A stretch of DNA of 64,000 nt from an uncultured Candidatus Sumerlaeota bacterium (lineage in GTDB: Bacteria; CAYMEV01): assembly GCA_964389675.1 (NCBI GenBank), contig CAYMEV010000007.1:62001-126000 (forward strand), in the 5' to 3' direction. Positions 16,624-26,543 of the stretch are shown one piece after another. The first letter of the stretch is position 1. Every line of letters starts with the position of its first letter. The notes beneath the pieces are model-generated. The model saw only the letters and a program-made list of their open reading frames with translations. It did not search any database and was not told the DNA's origin. Made by a program: the position numbers and the translations under genes.

Positions 16624-19282
16624 CGCATATCCTCTTATAGAATTTTTGAAAGATTCCTGTAAAATCATTGGATACGATCCCGAATCCAATGAGTGTCTCA
16701 TCATCCTTGTTTAGTGATGCCCTGATGTAAATATCAAAGGGAAAACTGAAAAGTGCACGTGTTTCAAAATGTATTTCAGCCCCTGCAGAAAAATAATCAT
16801 TTTCCTTTGTATACATATAATCAAGGAATAAGTCAAAAAAAACATCTTCAATGAACACATTGGGATTCCAGAGCCCCTCTCTTATTTTGATTACTGGAAC
16901 CGAAAAATCAAATTTAAAAGCACTAAAATCATTTGATTTAAGCTTGTCGGAATATCCCCTCATTGAATAATCATAATAGCCATTGAATTTTTTGTCATAT
17001 ACGCTTAAAAAATACAGGGAAACCTGGCTTTTCTTTATGTAGTGCCTGAAATATAACTGATTTATCATTCCATTCCTTGAAAAAGCTGAGTCAATTGACC
17101 TGGATTCAATAATATAGGAATGGTAGCTGCTGATAGAACCAAATGGATAGTGTATCCCAAGATACAGATAGGGGCAGATCTCTTTTCTTCTATTATTATT
17201 GTATGATTCCCAGTATATGCCTGCGGAAAGCCTTGAAAGCCCTCCCCTCAGCCTGTAAAGCAATGGATATTGAATAAGGAGGCTATAAGTGCCGTTGTCC
17301 TCCTCTTCATAACCTGCCCTTAAATATAAAGGCGAAAGCAGGCAGGTTCCTAAAAGGAAGTAGCTGTCAAAAGAATGATTATCGAGATCATAACAGATAT
17401 CTGCAGTATACTCAAAATGGCCTAATGCATCATTACCCTGTATATACAGCCCGGCCTTTTTATCCTGGTCAAACAGGAAATAGGGTATTCTAAGCTTTGG
17501 ATAGATTGTTTTAAGATTGTCCAGATAGCTGCCGTACTGATATTCTATATCCCTGCAGGATGCATTATTTTCCTTTTTCGGCTCTTTTAAGATGCAGGGC
17601 TCAAATTCAGCATCAGCAAGATATATATCATTACCTGCTGAATTAAGGGAAACGAAATACAGCTTTTCATTTAAAAGAATTGGGTAAATAGCATAACTGC
17701 TGTTTTTCAGCCGGAAAAACATGTCTTTTTTAAAGTCATAGAGATAGCATGCCTGACTGTATTCATGGTTTGATGAAAATATCAGCTTGTCCGATATAAG
17801 GTATGCATCCTTCTGCAATGAAGCAAGATTGATAATTTCAGAAAAGGCTTTTTCACCAGGATCAAAAAGATACAGGCCAAAATTTTCAAAATCTCTTCTG
17901 GCTGTTACAACAATTCGTTCAGTGTCTGATATTATCCTTTCTATAAGCATATCAGTCCTGCAAAGCAGGCTTTTCTGAAATGTCGTGCCGGAGACCAGAT
18001 AAATTTCCGAACCGAATTCAGTATCTTTATCCCGCGAAAAAAGGATATCACCGTTCTTCAATATATCAAATGCCCTTATTTCGTCTTTTATTACCAGCCT
18101 TTTCCTGTCTGCGGACCTGTCATATTCAAATAAAAGCCTTGTTATGCCGAAACCGAGATTTGTGATATTTCTGAACCCGCTTTTGAATTCATATTCAAGA
18201 AAGTAGATCTTGTCATAGCTGAATTTTAGAGGATGCTGATAGGAGGAGGTTGTCTGCATAATATTTGTTGACTCGTCTGTCAAAGGGTTAAATTCCACCA
18301 TGCAGTTGAAATGATAGTTGGAGAAAGGGGCTGTTTTGACCTGGAAGGATCTTTCATAATAAAGCTTGCCTTCGTTTTGTGTAAGGTTTCTTATGTTCCA
18401 GCCATGGTTAGTAAGCCTTTTTATGTACTGACCCTCTTCTTTTTTAATCCTATTATACGAGTCCCTGAAATCATCCCAGAGGGCAGGCCATGTCCTGCCG
18501 AATACCTTCCTGGCTGTTCTATCCATCCCAATAAAAGGGAAGAGGGGTGATGCATAGGACAGAATAGAGCCGCCATATGCATTGAAGAATTCGGAAAAGC
18601 TTTCTTCACCGTACGTTTCTGCAAGATAATCAAAGAAAAGTGAGCCGAAAAGATAATATGAGGTTCCTGATGGATATCTTGAAGGGTAATAGGTTGCTTC
18701 TGTAATATCAGGAAAGGTTCCTTCAGATGCGCCTGCAAGTCCATAATTACGATAGTATGTATCATTTAGCCTGCCGCTGTACCTGGAATAATTCGATTCA
18801 TTATATACAGCTATTCCCTCAGTCAGCCAGGAGGGCGAAAAAAGGTTAGGCGAAAAGCTGTAACCGAAAAAACTGGTGAGAAGCCCGGGAAACCTGCTGG
18901 AATTCTGCATATGCAGAAGGTGAGTATATTCATGAATTCCGACACCGGTATACCAGTTTTCTGTATATTGCAGCTCACCTAATTGAGGTGGATAGCTGAA
19001 TATTACTATTCTGTCAAATCCGGGGTTTGCGTAACCATTGGTAAGCATGCCAGCATCCTCAATGACCACAGGGACCGATTTTCTTCTATTTCCTGTCAGC
19101 TTTTCAACATATGTCCTGTAATATTCAAGGCTCTTCAGAAGGTCTTCTGCTGAGCCTTTTCGCCATGAAGGATAAAATATCACGAAATAAGGTGTTTTTA
19201 TAATCCTGTCGACAGCAAAGGAGAAAGTGCTGAAAAAGATCAATGTACTTAAAAGCAGGAGCTTTATTAATTCTTTCCTCAT
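16616..19282 (-). CDS. Exported gluzincin-like (HExxH) + beta-propeller + probable C-terminal outer-membrane beta-barrel protein
   Basis: Signal peptide; NGYA...HEYTH...WLTEG; TolB/PD40-like repeats; aromatic alternating beta-strands at the C-terminus. Confidence 0.65.
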   Translation of the reverse strand: MRKELIKLLLLSTLIFFSTFSFAVDRIIKTPYFVIFYPSWRKGSAEDLLKSLEYYRTYVEKLTGNRRKSVPVVIEDAGMLTNGYANPGFDRIVIFSYPPQLGELQYTENWYTGVGIHEYTHLLHMQNSSRFPGLLTSFFGYSFSPNLFSPSWLTEGIAVYNESNYSRYSGRLNDTYYRNYGLAGASEGTFPDITEATYYPSRYPSGTSYYLFGSLFFDYLAETYGEESFSEFFNAYGGSILSYASPLFPFIGMDRTARKVFGRTWPALWDDFRDSYNRIKKEEGQYIKRLTNHGWNIRNLTQNEGKLYYERSFQVKTAPFSNYHFNCMVEFNPLTDESTNIMQTTSSYQHPLKFSYDKIYFLEYEFKSGFRNITNLGFGITRLLFEYDRSADRKRLVIKDEIRAFDILKNGDILFSRDKDTEFGSEIYLVSGTTFQKSLLCRTDMLIERIISDTERIVVTARRDFENFGLYLFDPGEKAFSEIINLASLQKDAYLISDKLIFSSNHEYSQACYLYDFKKDMFFRLKNSSYAIYPILLNEKLYFVSLNSAGNDIYLADAEFEPCILKEPKKENNASCRDIEYQYGSYLDNLKTIYPKLRIPYFLFDQDKKAGLYIQGNDALGHFEYTADICYDLDNHSFDSYFLLGTCLLSPLYLRAGYEEEDNGTYSLLIQYPLLYRLRGGLSRLSAGIYWESYNNNRRKEICPYLYLGIHYPFGSISSYHSYIIESRSIDSAFSRNGMINQLYFRHYIKKSQVSLYFLSVYDKKFNGYYDYSMRGYSDKLKSNDFSAFKFDFSVPVIKIREGLWNPNVFIEDVFFDLFLDYMYTKENDYFSAGAEIHFETRALFSFPFDIYIRASLNKDDETLIGFGIVSNDFTGIFQKFYKRICDE

Positions 19283-19403
19283 AATGAAATTATAATCAAA
19301 AATCCGGATTATTCCAAAATAAATATCTTGCTAAATGATGCCTGCAGGTATTAAAAAAATAAAACAAAATCTTTGATATTCAGTAATAAATTATGATCAA
19401 AGT

Positions 19404-19432
19404 TTGATAAAATATTTTCAATATGATAGACT
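19404..19432 (+). promoter_or_regulatory. Putative sigma70 promoter of the M14 carboxypeptidase gene
   Basis: TTGATA-17 nt-TAGACT with TG extended -10; AGGAG RBS downstream. Confidence 0.45.
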
Positions 19433-19460
19433 GGATACATCAGTATAAAAAGGAGAAGTT

Positions 19461-20966
19461 ATGAAACGGATAGTAATATTCCTGCTAACATTAATGATTT
19501 TTACCGGCCTTTTCAGGGCTGAGAATGCCCTCTTCAGGATTGAGAATCCGGACAGGCATGAAATTGATTACATCTATAAGAATTTTGACGTAGCCGGCCA
19601 CAGGCCAGGTGAGTATCTGGATTTTCTTGCATTGAAAGAGCACACTGATTTGTTAAGGGAGCATGGGATCAGATTTACTGTTCTAAAGACACATGAGGAA
19701 CTCTATGAAGAATATAAGAGGGATATACCGGGATACAGGTCATACAAGTCACTGATTAAGGGCCTGCATAGCCTGGAGAAAGAGTATCCCGGGATAATAA
19801 AAGTCTATGAAATGGGGCACTCAAAAGGAAATCTGTATTTTATGCTTGGGAATACAAATTATGGAGAATACCGGCATAAAATACCTGTTGTCAAGGTCAC
19901 CAATCTTTCAGACAGTACTCCAAAACCAGCTGTTATATTCAATGGTGTCCACCACGCCAGGGAGCCGATAGGATCTGAAATATGCATTTATGCTGCTCAA
20001 ACACTTGCTGAAGGCTATGGGATCGATTTCGAGATCACAAATATTATTAATAATGCTGAAATATGGTTGATACCGCAGGTTAACCCTGACGGGTATAAAA
20101 TTGTAACTGAGAATCTTGTTGGCACATACAGCCAGGACTGGAGAAAAAATCTGAGAGATAATGACCAGGATGGAGATGTAACACCTCCTCAATACGGATA
20201 TTATTTCCTTGACGGGGTTGATCTGAACAGGAATTACAGTGTCGGGTGGAGCTCATCAGAAGGCCCTTCATATTCCCAGACCTATCCAGGCCCCGGGCCC
20301 TTTTCTGAACCGGAAACTTATACAATAAGAAGCATCTATGACAGGATCAGGCCTGTTTTCAGCATCTGCTTCCATACTTATTCAGAGCTGATCCTGTATC
20401 CGATGGGTTATACCTATAATACTACTGCTCCTGATGAAAATTCACTTTTAAATATAGGTTCCGATATGCACTCCATAATCTATAGTGATATCGGAAGAGA
20501 TTATATAGTTCAGAATTCAGCTGACCTCTATACAGCATGTGGGACCTCTATTGATTATTTTTATGGAAAGAACCGGACATTTGCCTATACAATTGAAATA
20601 GGTACTCAGTTTATTACTCCTCAATCACAGATACTTCCCATATGCCAGACTATGTTCAACTGCATGAAATATCTTGCAAAAAGGACACTTAAGTCTATTC
20701 TTGTCGGAACAGTAAGGGATGCACAGACACAGACACCTGTTGCAGCAACCATTATTATACCGGAGATTGATTACAGTGGCACACCCGGCCTTAATGTGGA
20801 TTTCCAGACTACAAGGTCCCGCAATGGAAGGTTTTACAGGCCTCTTGAACCAGGAAACTATACCCTGACAGTAGAGGCGGATGGCTATCTGGATTATACC
20901 ACCAGTTTTACCATTACTGAAAATGACCAGACAGTAATCAATGTATCAATGAATCCAACTTATTAA
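19461..20966 (+). CDS. Secreted M14 zinc carboxypeptidase with C-terminal carboxypeptidase-regulatory-like domain
   Basis: Signal peptide; HHARE, NPDG, DLNRNY, SEPET, FHTYS and TIEIG motifs. Confidence 0.9.
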   Translation: MKRIVIFLLTLMIFTGLFRAENALFRIENPDRHEIDYIYKNFDVAGHRPGEYLDFLALKEHTDLLREHGIRFTVLKTHEELYEEYKRDIPGYRSYKSLIKGLHSLEKEYPGIIKVYEMGHSKGNLYFMLGNTNYGEYRHKIPVVKVTNLSDSTPKPAVIFNGVHHAREPIGSEICIYAAQTLAEGYGIDFEITNIINNAEIWLIPQVNPDGYKIVTENLVGTYSQDWRKNLRDNDQDGDVTPPQYGYYFLDGVDLNRNYSVGWSSSEGPSYSQTYPGPGPFSEPETYTIRSIYDRIRPVFSICFHTYSELILYPMGYTYNTTAPDENSLLNIGSDMHSIIYSDIGRDYIVQNSADLYTACGTSIDYFYGKNRTFAYTIEIGTQFITPQSQILPICQTMFNCMKYLAKRTLKSILVGTVRDAQTQTPVAATIIIPEIDYSGTPGLNVDFQTTRSRNGRFYRPLEPGNYTLTVEADGYLDYTTSFTITENDQTVINVSMNPTY

Positions 20967-21137
20967 ATGAGCAAGCAGCCTTAAATCCAAAAAATGCCCG
21001 GTCATCCGGCAATGAATATGTGAAGACCTGATGAGATTCTTAAACTTTGAATTTACAAATTAATTGTTGAAAACATAAAAAAAATATACTACTTTTCTGA
21101 TAACAGATCTAAATAAAGCTGAAATGGTAAAATAGTA

Positions 21138-21833
21138 TTGAATGATATTATCTTAAAAACTCTGCTGTTTCTTGCATACCCCCTTGTGCATATATACATG
21201 AAAACTATAAGTTTTTACCTTTTTGTAGAGGAATCAGCAAGAGAGATTTATTCTAATGACAGGTTCATCTTTACAAACTATCATAATCAGATAATACCAT
21301 TCATCCATTACTACAAAAAGAGGTCCTATTATATCCTTGTAAGCAAAAGCCGGGACGGGGACATTACAGATTATATACTTAAGAAGTACGGATACCGCAC
21401 AATAAGAGGATCAAGTACCAGGGGAGGCTCTGAAGCTCTGCATGAAATTCATTCAGAACTGGGAAAGAACATAGTGATGTCGATTACATTTGATGGCCCC
21501 AAAGGGCCGATATACCGGATAAAAAAGGGGATAATCTGGCTTCTGGGGAGGACGGGTTATCCCTTGCTTACCGGGTACTGCTATTTCTCAAGAGCGAGAA
21601 GGATCAGAAGCTGGGACGGATTATATGTTCCAATCCCGTTCTCAAAGGTTCTTATAGTTATTGACGGGCCTATGATTGCAGAAAAAAGGCTTTCCAAATC
21701 TGAAATTGATTTATTTAAGAATGAATTGGAAAAGCGGATGGCGGAGAATTATAAAAAGCATTCTCAGAAATTCAGGAAAATGTTCGGCAAAAATCCTGAA
21801 AATGCACATGAGATCGCAAATATTATAATATAG
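21138..21833 (+). CDS. DUF374 / LpxJ-like lysophospholipid acyltransferase family protein (paralog 1)
   Basis: YH, SKSRDG, IRGSSTRGG, TFDGPKGP and SWD motifs; TTG start. Confidence 0.85.
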   Translation: MNDIILKTLLFLAYPLVHIYMKTISFYLFVEESAREIYSNDRFIFTNYHNQIIPFIHYYKKRSYYILVSKSRDGDITDYILKKYGYRTIRGSSTRGGSEALHEIHSELGKNIVMSITFDGPKGPIYRIKKGIIWLLGRTGYPLLTGYCYFSRARRIRSWDGLYVPIPFSKVLIVIDGPMIAEKRLSKSEIDLFKNELEKRMAENYKKHSQKFRKMFGKNPENAHEIANIII

Positions 21834-21937
21834 TATGAATGAAAGATTTGCTTTTATAAAAATACAGCGTATTAATATTAGTATTAGTAATGTTATTATT
21901 AATTTATTTAGCTCTTCCCAAATAACAGGAGAATAGA

Positions 21938-22633
21938 TTGAAACCGTGTATTTTGCTGAGTCTGCTTTATATCGCATATCCGATTGTGTATCTTTATACT
22001 TTGACTTTAAGAATCCATGCTATCATTGATCCAGAGTCATCTGATATCCTTAGAAGGGACAGGGGGATCTTTACGAACTATCATAATCAGCTGATCCCTT
22101 TGTGTTTATATTTCAAAAAGAAAGGCAGGTGTGTGCTGGTAAGCAGGAGCAGAGACGGTAATATCTCAGATTTCTTCTTGAAGAAGCTTGGCTATGAGAC
22201 AATCAGGGGATCCAGCAGTGATGAAGGAACAGATGCATTGTTCAATATCAGGAAGGCACTGAGAAAAAATATAATGCTATCCCTTACATCTGATGGGCCT
22301 AAGGGGCCTGTTTACAAGCTTAAAAAGGGCATTGTATGGCTTGCTAACAGGCATAAATACCCGATTTTATTTGCATATGCCTATTTTTCAAAAGCCAGAA
22401 GGATCAGAAGCTGGGATGGCCTGTATTTCCCTTATCCGTTTTCAAGGATTCTGATAGTGGTTGAGAAGCCTTATATAAATGAGGAATGGCTCTCGAAGAA
22501 TGAGATTGAAGAGCAAAAGGATATTATTGAAAAACGGATGTGGGGGGGGTATGTCGCTTATGCCGGCAGGTTCAAGGAAATCTATAAAAAATACCCTGAA
22601 AACATGAAAGAAATTCAAGATGAAGAAAAATAA
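21938..22633 (+). CDS. DUF374 / LpxJ-like lysophospholipid acyltransferase family protein (paralog 2)
   Basis: YH, SRSRDG, IRGSS, TSDGPKGP and SWD motifs; TTG start after AGGAG. Confidence 0.85.
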   Translation: MKPCILLSLLYIAYPIVYLYTLTLRIHAIIDPESSDILRRDRGIFTNYHNQLIPLCLYFKKKGRCVLVSRSRDGNISDFFLKKLGYETIRGSSSDEGTDALFNIRKALRKNIMLSLTSDGPKGPVYKLKKGIVWLANRHKYPILFAYAYFSKARRIRSWDGLYFPYPFSRILIVVEKPYINEEWLSKNEIEEQKDIIEKRMWGGYVAYAGRFKEIYKKYPENMKEIQDEEK

Positions 22634-24008
22634 CTATATATGTTGTGAATGCGGTTATGTTGCAGGAATGCCAATGGGAAAATGCCCTCAGTGCGGTAAT
22701 TACAATACCTTCTCTGCAGTAGAGCTTAAAAAGGATGCCAAGAAAAAAGAGGAGATGGATTCTTCCCCTGTCAGGATAGATGTTATCAGCGACCAGAAAT
22801 GCAGCATTATTTCAAGCGGTATTGATGAATTTGACAGAGTATTCGGCGGAGGTCTTACCCCCTGCTCAATTGTCCTTCTTGTCGGTGATCCGGGAATAGG
22901 AAAATCCAGCCTTGTATTAAAAACAGCACAGATTTTTCAGGATAAGGGGAACAGAGTGCTATACATAACCGGCGAAGAGTCTCTCAATCAGATAAAGCTC
23001 AGATGGTTAAGGCTGGTTGAGGATTATAAAACTCCAATTGATGTGCTGTCTGAGACAAATGTTGATTCTATACTGGAATACCTCGAAGGTACAGAATATA
23101 ATATTATAATTGTCGATTCAATTCAGACAATGTACAGTCCGACCATATTTTCAACCATGGGAAGCGTTAACCAGGTAAGATATACCGGAATGCGAATACT
23201 GCAGTTTATAAAAACACAAAAGATGATGTCTTCAAATCCCTGCTTTATTCTTATAGGGCATGTAACTAAGGAAGGTATAACAGCAGGCCCTAAGGCACTG
23301 GAGCATCTGGTTGATGTTGTATTATACCTTGAGGGTGATAAACAGACTGAATACAGGCTTTTAAAATCTCATAAAAACCGGTTTGGCCCGACCACTGAGA
23401 TCGGTATATTCGAGATGAAGCAAAATGGCCTTATACCGGTTGTGAACCCCAGCCAGATCTTTATAGACAAGCACAGCGGAGATTATATAGGGACAGCTAT
23501 AACTCCATCTCTACAGGGTCAGAGGGTAATATTCGCCGAGATTCAGTCTCTTTTTGCTGAGGTGAATTATCCTAATCCCAGGAGGATATCAAAAGGAATC
23601 AAACCATTGAGACTGAATATGATTATTGCTATACTGGAAAAAAGGTGCAATCTTAGCTTTTATAATAAGGAAATATATGTAAATATAGCCTCAGGACTTG
23701 TAATTGAGGATACAGTCATAGACCTTGCAATTGCTGCTTCCCTTATTTCAAATTTCTATGATAAGCCACTGGAGCAGGATACTGCATTTTTCGGTGAATT
23801 GTCCCTGAATGGCGAGATAAAAAAGAGCCAGTATGCTGAGAAGAGGCTTAATGAATGCCTGAGGCTGGGGTATAAAAAGATATACTGCCCATATTATGAT
23901 AAGGACCTGGAGAGAGAGGACAGCGGCTGTGAAATCATAGGAATAAAGAAGATTGAGGAGCTGTTAAAAAGGATACTTCTATATGAAGATAAATCCGGCC
24001 AGACATAG
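22620..24008 (+). CDS. radA: DNA repair protein RadA/Sms
   Basis: N-terminal C4 zinc finger; Walker A GDPGIGKS; KNRFG motif; Lon-like C-terminal domain. Confidence 0.95.
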   Translation: MKKNNYICCECGYVAGMPMGKCPQCGNYNTFSAVELKKDAKKKEEMDSSPVRIDVISDQKCSIISSGIDEFDRVFGGGLTPCSIVLLVGDPGIGKSSLVLKTAQIFQDKGNRVLYITGEESLNQIKLRWLRLVEDYKTPIDVLSETNVDSILEYLEGTEYNIIIVDSIQTMYSPTIFSTMGSVNQVRYTGMRILQFIKTQKMMSSNPCFILIGHVTKEGITAGPKALEHLVDVVLYLEGDKQTEYRLLKSHKNRFGPTTEIGIFEMKQNGLIPVVNPSQIFIDKHSGDYIGTAITPSLQGQRVIFAEIQSLFAEVNYPNPRRISKGIKPLRLNMIIAILEKRCNLSFYNKEIYVNIASGLVIEDTVIDLAIAASLISNFYDKPLEQDTAFFGELSLNGEIKKSQYAEKRLNECLRLGYKKIYCPYYDKDLEREDSGCEIIGIKKIEELLKRILLYEDKSGQT

Positions 24009-25554
24009 CATAAAAACTGATTTTGTCATTATAGGCAGCGGAGTTGCAGGCCTCATGGCTGCAAACATTCTAAAGGAAACTGGAAAAGTCCTTATTCTTA
24101 CAAACAGATCGAAGACAGAATGCAGCACACAGTATGCACAGGGTGGTGTTGCTGTCGTCATGAAAGACGGGGATTCATATAAGAAGCATATCGAGGATAC
24201 CATGAGGGCAGGTGTTGGTTTGTGTGATACAACTGTTGTAGAGTATGTAATAAAGGAAGGCCCTAAGGTGATAAGGGATCTCATGAACATGGGTGCATAT
24301 TTTGATAAGAAAGGTGGTGAACTGTACTTCTCAAAAGAAGGAGCTCATTCAGAGAAGAGGGTTATTCATTCATTCGGGGATGCAACAGGGCAGGAGATCG
24401 AGAGGACACTTTTGAGGGAATCAGAACAGCATGAAAACGTCACCCTTCTGGAATATTCTCCGGCTGTAAGGTTTATTGTAGAGGATGGCTGTGTCAAAGG
24501 GGTTGTTTATTTCAGCTGTATTGAAAACAGGCTTTATTATGTTCAGGCCAAGATTACAATAATGGCAACAGGGGGGATAGGAGGTTTATACATAGAATCA
24601 TCAAACCCTGAATCAACCACTGGAAGCGGGTTCGGGCTTGCTTTTAGTGCAGGCGCCATGCTGAGAGATATGGAGTTTATACAATTTCATCCAACCGTTT
24701 TCTTCCAGGAGGGGGAGGGTCAAAAATTTCTTATTACTGAAGCCATGAGGGGGGAGGGTGCCATTCTGGTTGATCAAAACAATAACAGGTTTATGGAATA
24801 TTATCATAAAGACAAGGAGCTGGCACCAAGAGATGTTGTATCAAGGGCTATTTACAATGAAATGTCAAAAAAGGGTCTGAAGAATGTTTTTCTTGATATC
24901 AGGCACCTGGATAAGGAATTTGTAAAAAAGAGATTCCCGACCATATATAAAAAGCTTTTATCGTACAATACTGACATAACGAAGGATTTAATACCGGTAA
25001 AGCCTGCTGCTCACTACATTATGGGTGGTGTTGTAACAGATATATTCGGAAGGACTAACCTGCCAGGCCTCCTCTGCTGCGGAGAATGTGCATCCACAGG
25101 GGTACATGGAGCAAACAGGCTTGCCAGCAATAGCCTGCTTGAAGGTCTTGTATTTGGGAAAAGGGCAGCCTATACTGCTGTCAATGAAGCTAAAATTCTT
25201 GAGAACCTTCGGAGAACAAGGATATCCTTGCAGGTTGAGGATAAGATTGATGAGTCGGAACTGGAGTATATGGATAGATCAGTGAAGACTATCTTATGGG
25301 AAAGAGCAGGTATAATAAGGGATGAGAAAGGCTTAAAGGAAGGCCTCTCTAAAATTAGTGAAATTGAGGACAGGATTTCAGGGTCATTGATACTGTCCTG
25401 CCGATTCTGTGAATTTAATAATATGATACTTGCCGCCAAGGCAATCTTCCGCTCTGCTTTATACAGAAGAGAGAGTGTAGGCGGACACTTCAGAAGTGAT
25501 TTTCCATTAAGAAATCCTGTTATGTCACCCCATACATACATTCAGAGCCTGTGA
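23983..25554 (+). CDS. nadB: L-aspartate oxidase
   Basis: GSGVAG; AQGG; EGAHS..RVIH; QFHPT; EAMRGEG; LAPRDVV; HYIMGG; HGANRLASNSLLEG. Confidence 0.93.
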   Translation: MKINPARHSIKTDFVIIGSGVAGLMAANILKETGKVLILTNRSKTECSTQYAQGGVAVVMKDGDSYKKHIEDTMRAGVGLCDTTVVEYVIKEGPKVIRDLMNMGAYFDKKGGELYFSKEGAHSEKRVIHSFGDATGQEIERTLLRESEQHENVTLLEYSPAVRFIVEDGCVKGVVYFSCIENRLYYVQAKITIMATGGIGGLYIESSNPESTTGSGFGLAFSAGAMLRDMEFIQFHPTVFFQEGEGQKFLITEAMRGEGAILVDQNNNRFMEYYHKDKELAPRDVVSRAIYNEMSKKGLKNVFLDIRHLDKEFVKKRFPTIYKKLLSYNTDITKDLIPVKPAAHYIMGGVVTDIFGRTNLPGLLCCGECASTGVHGANRLASNSLLEGLVFGKRAAYTAVNEAKILENLRRTRISLQVEDKIDESELEYMDRSVKTILWERAGIIRDEKGLKEGLSKISEIEDRISGSLILSCRFCEFNNMILAAKAIFRSALYRRESVGGHFRSDFPLRNPVMSPHTYIQSL

Positions 25555-25575
25555 TCAAATATTGGGTTTTATTAT

Positions 25576-25604
25576 TTGACTAATAGCGCTGTATATAATA
25601 TATT
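25576..25604 (+). promoter_or_regulatory. Putative sigma70 promoter upstream of the ptb-like gene
   Basis: TTGACT-17 nt-TATATT. Confidence 0.45.
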
Positions 25605-25643
25605 TACTAACCTCAGAATCAAAAATTTAGGAGGATGCTAATT

Positions 25644-26543
25644 ATGATCAAGAATTTTGATGATCTACTGCAGAGCGTTAAGGATAAGCCAAAAAAAAGG
25701 GTAATTGTTGTAAAAGGAGAAGATCCCAACACAATAGAGGCTTGTATCAGGGCCAGCGAAGAAGATATTGCCGAGATTATACTTGTGGGAGATACTCTTA
25801 AGATAGAGAAGCTTCTGGAAGACCTTTCAAAATCCAAGAATATGTTCAAGATTGTGCACGCAGAATCCGAGATAGAAGCAGCAAGAATTGCTGTTGAGCT
25901 TATAAAGAAAAAAGAAGGCGATATCCTGATGAAGGGACTGATAGGTACAGAAAAGTATATGAAGGCTATCCTTAATAAAGAGAATGGGCTTCTTTCCAAG
26001 GGTAATATACTAAGTCACCTTACTTTAATAGATGTTCCAGCTTACGATAAATTCCTTTTCCTTACAGATGTTGCAGTATTGCCTGCTCCAGACCTTATGC
26101 AGAAGACAAAAATGATAGAATATGCAGTAAATGCAGCACACAGATTTGGCATTGATAATCCTAAAGTAGCTATTCTGGCTGCAAATGAGAAAATTTCTGA
26201 TAGAATGCCTGCTACTCAGGAGGCTGCAATACTGAGCATGATGAATAAAAGAAAACAGATCACAGGCTGCATAGTTGACGGGCCACTTGCACTTGATGTG
26301 GCAATATCTCCTGAATCATGCAGTACTAAGGGTCTGGACAGCCCTGTAGGGGGTGATGCTGATATTCTAGTATTCCCGGACATAGAGGCTGCCAATATAT
26401 TTTATAAGTGCTGTGCATACTTTGCCAGTGCAAGGCTTGCCGCAATCGTTTTTGGCTCAGATGTTCCATGTATTCTGACCAGCAGATCAGACTCTGATGA
26501 AAGCAAATTTTTATCAATAGTACTGGCCTGTCAAGTAGCCTGA
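25644..26543 (+). CDS. ptb: Phosphate butyryltransferase / phosphate acyltransferase (PTA_PTB family)
   Basis: LMKG, LSH, DGPLALDVA and LTSRSD motifs; ATG 25644 fits the AGGAGG spacing. Confidence 0.85.
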   Translation: MIKNFDDLLQSVKDKPKKRVIVVKGEDPNTIEACIRASEEDIAEIILVGDTLKIEKLLEDLSKSKNMFKIVHAESEIEAARIAVELIKKKEGDILMKGLIGTEKYMKAILNKENGLLSKGNILSHLTLIDVPAYDKFLFLTDVAVLPAPDLMQKTKMIEYAVNAAHRFGIDNPKVAILAANEKISDRMPATQEAAILSMMNKRKQITGCIVDGPLALDVAISPESCSTKGLDSPVGGDADILVFPDIEAANIFYKCCAYFASARLAAIVFGSDVPCILTSRSDSDESKFLSIVLACQVA

